Shown here: piece by piece, positions 7,251 to 13,888 of the stretch
How the letters are laid out: each line of letters starts with the position of its first letter
Numbering within the stretch: the stretch's first letter is position 1
Source: a virus
IMG/VR virus record: IMGVR_UViG_3300045594_000200
Reading direction: 5' to 3' (one strand)
Length of the DNA stretch: 39,313 nucleotides
The notes under the pieces: model-generated
The model's input: the letters and a program-made list of their open reading frames with translations, nothing else
Told to the model about the DNA's origin: nothing
The model's database searches: none
Position numbers and translations under genes: made by a program

Positions 7251-8805
7251 CCTTTCTGCTGCTCATTGCAGCTGATTGTTGCTTGTAGAAATTTGTTTTA
7301 CGTGATTCTTTGACCTGTTTAATGAAATCCGGATCCTTTGCCTTTTTAATTAAGCATTCTTTTTCTGCAATGGTTTTTGCATAGAACGTATGAGCTGAAA
7401 GACCGGTCATAATATCAATGACTTTGTATAGCTTTTCCACTTTGTCCCTTACAATGGCTAGACCATTGCCTAAATCATTTCCTTTTGCCTCTCTGTAGTA
7501 GCAATCCAAACCTGTTTTTTCGCTTTTTATTGCCAACTTATACGTGACCGGCTTTTCTTTTTTCTCGCCATCAACGATCACCAGTAATTTCTTGCGTTCG
7601 TTTGCTTCAGCTTCCCATTTTTTGGATGTATAGTATTCGATATCCTGTTTTATCGGTTCTCTTACCCATGTTTTGAATGCTTCAACGCTTTCCGGCGTGC
7701 AGTATTTCTCAGCCCGAACCATGAATGACTTGAACAATGCCACTGTATGCGTCTTGTAGAAATCACCATAGATCGTGTAATAGCCTTCTGCATCCTTGAA
7801 TGGAAGTTTAAAGTTCGGCGCATCATCAATTCTTTCCGGTTTCTCTGCTTCAGCTGGTTCCTCTGCTGGTTTCTCAATCGGCAGCAATTCCATATTTTCG
7901 TTCAAAAGCCCATCAGCGATCATCTTAACGGCCTTTTCTGCAAGAGTGCAAGCCGAAACTAAATCATCCGGATTCTGTGTAAGGTGCTTTTTCCAACTTT
8001 CGATATAGGCGGCGCTATTGTCGAATGACTTTTCATTTGAAATTCCTGTAATTCCCGACAAAATGCAAGCGCCAAACTCAGCAACCAGTTCTTCTTTTGA
8101 GTATGTTTGCGTTCCAAAACCGTTATATCCCGAAACACCTGTACGGTTCAATCTGCTTTTTGCGCCGGTCGAGTGTGTCAATTCATGGAAACATGTACTG
8201 TAGTATTCCGATAATTCTTTGTACTGTTCAATAGTAGGAACGTGTACTTCATCCGTAACAGGGCTATAGTATGCCTTTTCCGATTCTGTCTTATTGAAGA
8301 AATGCAATTCTGATCCTGCTTTTGACAGATAATTAGCAATAACCATTTCAGCGTTTTCATCTGCATCATCTTCTGTAAAATGCTTGACTTCTTTTTCGGG
8401 AATATCGTTACCGTTGGCATCCTTGAAAAGAGAGATTGAAAAGATAGGGTAGTACTTCAGCGTGTAGTGAACGAACTTCTCAGCTTTACCGTTATCATCC
8501 AATACCGGCGTACCATCTGCGTTTTTACGTTCAAAAGTTGTGCCAAAAAACTGATAGCAACGTTCACCAGTCCCTTTCATTTCTCCTTTTGGTTTCCATC
8601 CAAGCTCAGCGGCCTTTTTCCATGTAATATATCCACCTTTGCCGCCCAGGAATAACTGGTTCATGAAAGAGTAAGCCCTGCCTGTAGTGTAGTTATATGA
8701 TCCGCTAATAGCACTCCACGGTCTATGCCATGGAATAATGCCTTCATCCAATTTTGCAATCATGCGATCAGTTATGATCTGCGATACTGTTTTCTTGTTT
8801 TCCAT
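7219..8805 (-). CDS. ardC: ArdC-like antirestriction protein (528 aa). It has an N-terminal ssDNA-binding domain (DUF1738 type), a zincin-like metallopeptidase domain, and a C-terminal extension of about 230 aa that I could not assign.
   Basis: The N-terminus has GIIPWHRPW ... TGRAYSFMNQLFL ... ITWKKAAELGW.PKGE. The central part has YYSP..DEVHVP....F....EYYSTCFHELTHSTG...RLNR ... YSKEELVAEFGA (HExxH at about 8174-8188). Confidence 0.8.
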   Translation of the reverse strand: MENKKTVSQIITDRMIAKLDEGIIPWHRPWSAISGSYNYTTGRAYSFMNQLFLGGKGGYITWKKAAELGWKPKGEMKGTGERCYQFFGTTFERKNADGTPVLDDNGKAEKFVHYTLKYYPIFSISLFKDANGNDIPEKEVKHFTEDDADENAEMVIANYLSKAGSELHFFNKTESEKAYYSPVTDEVHVPTIEQYKELSEYYSTCFHELTHSTGAKSRLNRTGVSGYNGFGTQTYSKEELVAEFGACILSGITGISNEKSFDNSAAYIESWKKHLTQNPDDLVSACTLAEKAVKMIADGLLNENMELLPIEKPAEEPAEAEKPERIDDAPNFKLPFKDAEGYYTIYGDFYKTHTVALFKSFMVRAEKYCTPESVEAFKTWVREPIKQDIEYYTSKKWEAEANERKKLLVIVDGEKKEKPVTYKLAIKSEKTGLDCYYREAKGNDLGNGLAIVRDKVEKLYKVIDIMTGLSAHTFYAKTIAEKECLIKKAKDPDFIKQVKESRKTNFYKQQSAAMSSRKDEFYAQAEFQ

Positions 8806-8806
8806 G

Positions 8807-9208
8807 TTAGTTTTCTCCTTTTTGTTTTTTCGACAATGGCGTTATTTTGCGCCAATCTATGTCTAACACCATCCTTGAACTGTCTCTATTTGCGTAAGTC
8901 CAAACGTTTTTATCTTTGCTTTTACCATCTACTAGATAATAAGGGCGGCCTCCATAAAGCACGGCATCTGTATATACACCTGGGTACCTCAGCAAATGAC
9001 CGCAATATTCAGCCTTATATATGTCCTCATAATCTGTTACTATCGTATAAATCTTATTGCAGTATCGTGTGGTCTCCGATGTGTGCTGATACTGATATGT
9101 GCCATATCCGTAATGCCCAATATAAGGGCGTGGATCGGTTGTGTACTCATTTACTGATACGTAACCGTTGTGTTCTCTTGTGAGTGACACTATCCTATAG
9201 CTTTTCAT
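8807..9208 (-). CDS. Hypothetical Tyr-rich protein (133 aa)
   Basis: ATG at 9208 is preceded by GGAGGGAG, internal to ORF 8807..9256. Confidence 0.55.
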   Translation of the reverse strand: MKSYRIVSLTREHNGYVSVNEYTTDPRPYIGHYGYGTYQYQHTSETTRYCNKIYTIVTDYEDIYKAEYCGHLLRYPGVYTDAVLYGGRPYYLVDGKSKDKNVWTYANRDSSRMVLDIDWRKITPLSKKQKGEN

Positions 9209-9371
9209 ATAGACTCCCTCCATTATTGTGATGTGCTGCATCAATAAATTCCTCAAAAGTATCCTGCTTGTTTGCGTTGTTATCGGCTGAATCGTCCCAT
9301 TCTTCCCATAGCTGCCTTAACTCATTTTCTGTATATTCCGTATCGGTATCTGCATCAATATATATTTTCAT
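9195..9371 (-). CDS. Hypothetical very acidic protein (58 aa)
   Basis: Hand translation gives MKIYIDADTDTEYTENELRQLWEEWDDSADNNANKQDTFEEFIDAAHHNNGGSLYEKL. GGAGGA lies upstream. It is below the ORF-track cutoff. Confidence 0.5.
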   Translation of the reverse strand: MKIYIDADTDTEYTENELRQLWEEWDDSADNNANKQDTFEEFIDAAHHNNGGSLYEKL

Positions 9372-9410
9372 ATATCCTCCATGCCGGTATTAAGGCAACC
9401 GGCTAGCCTA

Positions 9411-9437
9411 TACTGCATACTCATTCAAGATTTTGAA
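9411..9437 (-). promoter_or_regulatory. Conserved leader motif, copy A (plus-strand reading TACTGCATACTCATTCAAGATTTTGAA). On the minus strand it is followed by the hairpin 9383-9403 and then the RBS of 9195..9371.
   Basis: Near-identical to copy B at 10440-10465, with the same order of motif, hairpin, RBS and ATG. Confidence 0.45.
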
Positions 9438-9440
9438 TAA

Positions 9441-9521
9441 TTAAAGTAAATAAGATACAACAAACATGACCAGTTCACTGATAATAGCTGTCATTACGAT
9501 AATGAATGTTCTGTTATCCAT
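9441..9521 (-). CDS. Possible 26-aa hydrophobic peptide (MDNRTFIIVMTAIISELVMFVVSYLL)
   Basis: The ATG lies 1 nt after the upstream stop, and GGAGGA sits inside the upstream gene's 3' end. Confidence 0.3.
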   Translation of the reverse strand: MDNRTFIIVMTAIISELVMFVVSYLL

Positions 9522-9522
9522 G

Positions 9523-9720
9523 TTAAAAATCCTCCAATCTTTCGATACTCTTAATAGTCCATCTGTGGGCTGATTTCCATCCATAATTCATACTTAACTG
9601 TGCCATGCAATCATCCTTGATTGCTTTACTGCCGTTTCTGTAGATTGACGAAAACTTAAAATCACTATGATCATGTCCATCATCCAAAAACGCTATATAA
9701 TCTCTCAATTTTCTACCCAT
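9523..9720 (-). CDS. Hypothetical protein (65 aa)
   Basis: ORF in the same-strand chain with a weak RBS. Confidence 0.45.
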   Translation of the reverse strand: MGRKLRDYIAFLDDGHDHSDFKFSSIYRNGSKAIKDDCMAQLSMNYGWKSAHRWTIKSIERLEDF

Positions 9721-9733
9721 TTCGTATCAATTC

Positions 9734-10141
9734 TCAGATACTCTTCAGAGTGACTTTATACATCGCTTGTACTAGGGTGTCAGCTACTAACCCAAACGCC
9801 TGGCGTAATGCCCTAGCCTGCACATCCAGCCACGTTTTATTCCTGTTAGGCGCCCAGCTGCCGCCATTGCATCTCTTCAAGCCGGACGGAGAACAAAGCC
9901 TTTCTGCGATGTCACCGTCATAGATTAGACTGCATCCACCATATGAATATTCCTGCCAAGTGTCAGCCCCATTCAATAATAACTTCCTTAATGATACCCT
10001 AGATGCACACTCTTCTAATTGCTTGTCAGTGACATCGTTCAATAGCTCCAATGCATACTCTTTGACTCCCTTGTCCCATGCACTCCTTGCCGGCTGATTC
10101 TGTACTGCTTGCCTTAGTTCTGTTACAGTGATTGATTTCAT
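9734..10141 (-). CDS. Hypothetical protein (135 aa) of unknown function
   Basis: ATG at 10141 with GGAGGA upstream. Contains SAWDKGVKEYALELL ... LLNGADTWQEYSYGGCSLIYDGDIAERLC ... WLDVQARALRQA. No family could be named confidently. Confidence 0.6.
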   Translation of the reverse strand: MKSITVTELRQAVQNQPARSAWDKGVKEYALELLNDVTDKQLEECASRVSLRKLLLNGADTWQEYSYGGCSLIYDGDIAERLCSPSGLKRCNGGSWAPNRNKTWLDVQARALRQAFGLVADTLVQAMYKVTLKSI

Positions 10142-10145
10142 TATG

Positions 10146-10379
10146 CTATCTATCCTCCGCAAGCATCCTTTTCGCTTGCTTTTCCGTGAGATCGTAATGC
10201 CCGCCGTTTAGACCGTGAAACAATGAGAAACTAGACCAATAAATGAACTTTTTTCCGTTTGTAGCAATGACAGAATATAGCCAACTGTCCTCGACTGCCG
10301 AATACTGCCGGATATCATACAGATGGTACCCAGGTAATGCCGCTGAAATCCGTGATTCTGCTGCTTGTTTGATTGTCAT
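10146..10379 (-). CDS. Hypothetical protein (77 aa), first gene of the reverse-strand island
   Basis: AGGAGG lies 5 nt upstream of the ATG. Confidence 0.6.
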   Translation of the reverse strand: MTIKQAAESRISAALPGYHLYDIRQYSAVEDSWLYSVIATNGKKFIYWSSFSLFHGLNGGHYDLTEKQAKRMLAEDR

Positions 10380-10439
10380 GTGTTCCTCCTATTTTTGGCG
10401 CCGTTTCCGGCATAAGTTAGGCGGTTTCCCGCCTGGCAA

Positions 10440-10465
10440 TACTGTATACTCATTCAAGATTTGAA
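10440..10465 (-). promoter_or_regulatory. Conserved leader motif, copy B (TACTGTATACTCATTCAAGATTTGAA). On the minus strand it is followed by two GAAA-tetraloop hairpins (10419-10434 and 10400-10411) and then the RBS of 10146..10379.
   Basis: It differs from copy A by one substitution and one single-base gap. The minus-strand hairpins read AGGCGG-GAAA-CCGCCU and GCCG-GAAA-CGGC. Confidence 0.45.
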
Positions 10466-11210
10466 GATAAAAGAAATAAAGTTACCAGCACGTTCCTTAC
10501 AGTTATATATATGGTTATCGTTTTAGTTACGGTATATAGCGCCGTACCGCTTTTATATATGTCCTGCCGCTTGCGTGTTTGTCCTCTAGGGGCTTTCCTG
10601 TACGTGGTAGCATTTCTCACCTGTTTCAGTCTTGCGACTTCCCTATAGGCACTCTTTCCTTTTGCCCTTTATTAGGTACTTTGATGGTCTGCCGTTGCCT
10701 TGTGATTGGCTATAGATTGTCCCCAGCTATTTAGCTATTCAGTTTTCAAAGATCGGCGCCGTTGCCCCTTACTGATGCTAACGACTTGCACATATGGATT
10801 GCTTTATATGCTTATATATAGGCTTTTGTTTGCCTGTCCTTCTTTGGACACCTTCACTATGCCACTGAAAATCCGGATTGCAATAGAAAAAATTTACTCA
10901 ATGCTCAAAAATGGCTTAACAGAGCCAAAAATAGGCACAAAAATATTTTTGAAATGGCATGGCTGGCAAGGGGAAAAGTAATATATAACGTACCTTATAC
11001 GGAAAATCAAAAAAGATAATCAACGATTGTCTATTATCTCAGTTCAAATGTCTATACGGATTCTTACAAACGCCTAGATCTAGGGATATTCATCGGTTTT
11101 TATTCAAAATTATTCAATCAATCAGCGGCAGCGGCAGGGGCAGGGGCTATAGGGTAGCGCATCAGATGGGGCGGCGCAGCGTGACGGTCGTATAGTATCA
11201 TGGTTTTCTG

Positions 11211-11283
11211 TCTCTCCTGTATGTGTCTCTCCTGTATGTGTCTCTCCTGTATGTGTCTCTCCTGTACGTGTCTCCTGTATACT
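11211..11283. repeat. Tandem repeat of a 15-bp unit, TCTCTCCTGTATGTG. Three copies are perfect, one has a single substitution and one is a shortened copy.
   Basis: Read directly. Units start at 11211, 11226, 11241, 11256 and 11271. Confidence 0.95.
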
Positions 11284-11522
11284 GCATAATAAATCAGTAG
11301 TGGTATCAAAATATACGGGGGTTATATCAAAATCAAACGTTAAAATACTGAAATATTAAGATTTATAGGGGGAGTGGCACCTGTGTGCGGCATTTTGATC
11401 GTGGAAATGTTCAGCATAGGCAAAAAAATAAAAATTCCGTGGGAAAAATTCGGAATAAAAATATTATGCGAAGTCGCAATGTTCCAAATAAAATCAGTTA
11501 ATATGTAGGTGAGGAAATAAAG

Positions 11523-11747
11523 ATGAAATTCTATAAGATAGGCAGTTATTATATTCCTGAGAACTCAATAAATTATATTTTGGAGCTCATTGAAGGGACA
11601 AGAAAGACGTATGTAATAAACTTTGGCAATGATAGCCATATCAATGTGTCGGCTGGTGTAGCAAAGGATATCGGCATAGGAGGATATGATGGGGAAACTA
11701 ACAGAGTATCAAAAGAGAGACAGAACAAAGGCAAGAAAGCTCAGTGA
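11523..11747 (+). CDS. Hypothetical protein (74 aa) upstream of terS
   Basis: GGTGAGGA RBS. It overlaps the terS start by about 60 nt, so it is uncertain. Confidence 0.4.
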   Translation: MKFYKIGSYYIPENSINYILELIEGTRKTYVINFGNDSHINVSAGVAKDIGIGGYDGETNRVSKERQNKGKKAQ

Positions 11748-12096
11748 GAAGTGGTTCAATCTAACGCAGTCACCGAAAGTCACCGAAGCGCTTGTGCAGA
11801 AATATTTTGATGAAGAAGAAAGCCCGACAAAAGCAGGGCTTTTATTGTATCTGCATATAGGCAAAGGAAAGTGGCAGCAAATGAGGAGCGATCCGAAGTT
11901 CAAAGATTCCGTTGATTATGCGGACTTGAGGATTGAGGATCTGTATGAACAAAGATTGACCACACCGTCCATGACTACAGGAGCTATCTTTGGGCTGAAG
12001 AATTGCGGATGGTCGGACAGGAACGATATTAAGGCCACCTTGGATGGCCATATATCGGTAGAACAGCTTCTTAAAGGAACCAAGAAGAAAGCATGA
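11686..12096 (+). CDS. terS: Terminase small subunit (136 aa)
   Basis: AGGAGG RBS. PTKAGLLLYL ... TGAIFGLKNCGWSD is typical of gp3-type small terminases. It sits immediately upstream of terL with an ATGA overlap. Confidence 0.75.
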   Translation: MMGKLTEYQKRDRTKARKLSEKWFNLTQSPKVTEALVQKYFDEEESPTKAGLLLYLHIGKGKWQQMRSDPKFKDSVDYADLRIEDLYEQRLTTPSMTTGAIFGLKNCGWSDRNDIKATLDGHISVEQLLKGTKKKA

Positions 12097-13724
12097 AAGA
12101 CGAAGAATTGTCTATAACGATTCGGGAGTATATCGAGGAATATCTGAAGATAAAGACAAAGGATGGCCAACTGGTCAACCTGTCAATGAATTATGCGCAG
12201 AATCGTTTGTATGACATATTCAGGGATGCCTATAACGAGGATAGGCCGTGCAAGATCATAGTGCTTAAAGCTAGACAGTTGGGTATTTCGACCGTCACTG
12301 AAGCAATCATATCTTCCCTGGTAATGACTACTTATTATGTTTCGGCATTGATCGTAGCTCATATATCGGATGCATCGCAGAATATCTATAACATGTCAAA
12401 GAGATATTATGATGAACTTCCACCTGCATTGAAACCAATGATCAAGTATTCCAATGCGAGGGAATTGGTGTTTCAGAATCCGGATGATAAGGCTGCTGAA
12501 GATAATAAAGGGCTCAGGAGCTCGATCAGAGTGGCAACTGCCGGACAGTCGGGCGTTGGCCGAAGCCAAACGTTTAACTATATGCACCTGTCAGAGGTGG
12601 CATTCTGGAAAGAGGAAGATGGAAAGACAGTTCAATCGCAGCTTACCGGACTTCTTCAGACACTTCCGCAGCATGGTTTCTCATTTCTTGTTATTGAGAG
12701 CACCGCTAATGGCTGGAATTACTTTAAATCTCTTTGGGATAAGGCAGTGGCCGGAGAGAATGACTATGTACCGCTGTTCATACCGTGGTTTGAAATGGAA
12801 GATTATAGGCTTCCTTACCACGGAGAGAAACTTTCACCGGAAGAAACAGAGCTCTGTTCAAAGTATGAGATTGATGAAGAACAGATCATGTGGCGCCGGT
12901 ATGCTATTGCTAACCTTTGCGGCGGCGATATAGACCAGTTCCGCCAGGAGTACCCAAGTACACCTGAAGAAGCATTTATCATGACTGGATCGCCTGTCTT
13001 TAATACAGACAAGGTGCTTCAGAGAATGAGTGAAGTACAGCCAGCAGATTCAACCGGTATGTTTACGGATTCCGGTACATATTATGAAGATTCCAGAGGA
13101 TATATCTCAATCTGGAAGATGCCGGAGCCAAATCATGTCTATGTTATCGGCGCTGATACAGCTGGTGAAGGATCCGATTACTTCAATGCTTATGTCATTG
13201 ATAAGAATACCGGAGTACAGGTGGCAAGATACCGTGCACAATCTGATGAAGGACTGTTCGTAAAACAGATTTATTATCTTGGATATTTCTATAACATTGC
13301 AATGATCGCACCGGAAGTGAACTTTTCTTCCTATCCGACTGCAAAATTGCAGGAAATGAACTATCCAAATATGTATGTCCGTGAACAGGTCGATACATAT
13401 AAATATAAGACACAATCCTCCTTCGGTTTCCGTACTACTTCCCGAACACGTCCGCTGATTATTGATAATCTTGTGGATTTGGTTCGGGAGGAAGCCGAAA
13501 AGATCAATGATATCGAATTTTTGAGAGAATGCCTTTCATTCGTGAAGAACCCGAATACCGGAAAGCCGGAAGCTACAGAGGGTACTCATGATGATTGCGT
13601 TATGTCTATGGCAATCGCCTACTTTGTGCTTCCACAGGCTCAGCAGGTATACGTTGATACAACGGAAGCTGAAAAAGATGAATATTCTGATGATATTTCT
13701 TCTTTTCTCGGCTATGGAGAGTGA
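12093..13724 (+). CDS. terL: Terminase large subunit (543 aa)
   Basis: Deviant Walker A (VLKARQLGISTV), appropriate size and position, and a C-terminal nuclease-like region (THDDCVMS). Confidence 0.85.
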   Translation: MKDEELSITIREYIEEYLKIKTKDGQLVNLSMNYAQNRLYDIFRDAYNEDRPCKIIVLKARQLGISTVTEAIISSLVMTTYYVSALIVAHISDASQNIYNMSKRYYDELPPALKPMIKYSNARELVFQNPDDKAAEDNKGLRSSIRVATAGQSGVGRSQTFNYMHLSEVAFWKEEDGKTVQSQLTGLLQTLPQHGFSFLVIESTANGWNYFKSLWDKAVAGENDYVPLFIPWFEMEDYRLPYHGEKLSPEETELCSKYEIDEEQIMWRRYAIANLCGGDIDQFRQEYPSTPEEAFIMTGSPVFNTDKVLQRMSEVQPADSTGMFTDSGTYYEDSRGYISIWKMPEPNHVYVIGADTAGEGSDYFNAYVIDKNTGVQVARYRAQSDEGLFVKQIYYLGYFYNIAMIAPEVNFSSYPTAKLQEMNYPNMYVREQVDTYKYKTQSSFGFRTTSRTRPLIIDNLVDLVREEAEKINDIEFLRECLSFVKNPNTGKPEATEGTHDDCVMSMAIAYFVLPQAQQVYVDTTEAEKDEYSDDISSFLGYGE

Positions 13725-13888
13725 TGATGGAAATTTTTATCTTGATTGCTGCATGTGCAGCCTTTTATTTTATCGGCTATAAGGTCGGCGTGAAGAAAGA
13801 ATCTAAAAATTCACTCACCAAAGAGGAAAAACAGGGCATTCAGGAAGTTCTTAACCTGCTTAATTATGATGGGAGCAAACAGAAATGA
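13724..13888 (+). CDS. Small membrane protein (54 aa) between terL and portal
   Basis: Hand translation gives MMEIFILIAACAAFYFIGYKVG...EVLNLLNYDGSKQK. It is coupled to both neighbours by overlaps. Confidence 0.5.
   Translation: MMEIFILIAACAAFYFIGYKVGVKKESKNSLTKEEKQGIQEVLNLLNYDGSKQK

Noticed and set aside
8725-9183. 152-aa + strand ORF opposite 8807..9208
   Set aside because: It lies antisense to a minus-strand gene with a clear GGAGGGAG RBS, and it has a non-canonical start.
10640-10675. Resemblance to a c-di-GMP-I (GEMM) riboswitch (minus strand GGGCAAA ... GAAAGAGUG ... CGCAAG)
   Set aside because: The segments flanking the GAAA are not complementary, so the required tetraloop hairpin cannot form. 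The similarity is limited to short strings.
10706-10981. 91-aa + strand ORF in the large non-coding region
   Set aside because: It has a non-ATG start, no RBS and an odd Cys/Leu-rich composition, and it sits alone between divergent operons. I treated it as non-coding, though a degenerate gene remnant cannot be excluded.
11211-11283. Possible CRISPR array
   Set aside because: The 15-bp units are contiguous with no spacers, are far shorter than CRISPR repeats, and no cas genes are present.
11118-11309. 63-aa minus-strand ORF with HIQER repeats
   Set aside because: The reading frame is a by-product of the 15-bp tandem repeats and the G/C-rich hexamer repeats. It has no RBS and an implausible PAPAAAAD tail.
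11375-11389. Sigma-54-like TGGCAC-N5-TGC element upstream of the packaging genes
   Set aside because: The GG and GC dinucleotides are one base too close compared with the -24/-12 consensus, and the TTGC is imperfect. It is probably a chance match.
12454-12933. 159-aa alternative-frame ORF inside terL, with similar ORFs inside the portal gene (14066..14269, 15392..15616)
   Set aside because: They lie wholly within well-supported long genes, have no RBS, and have low-complexity products.
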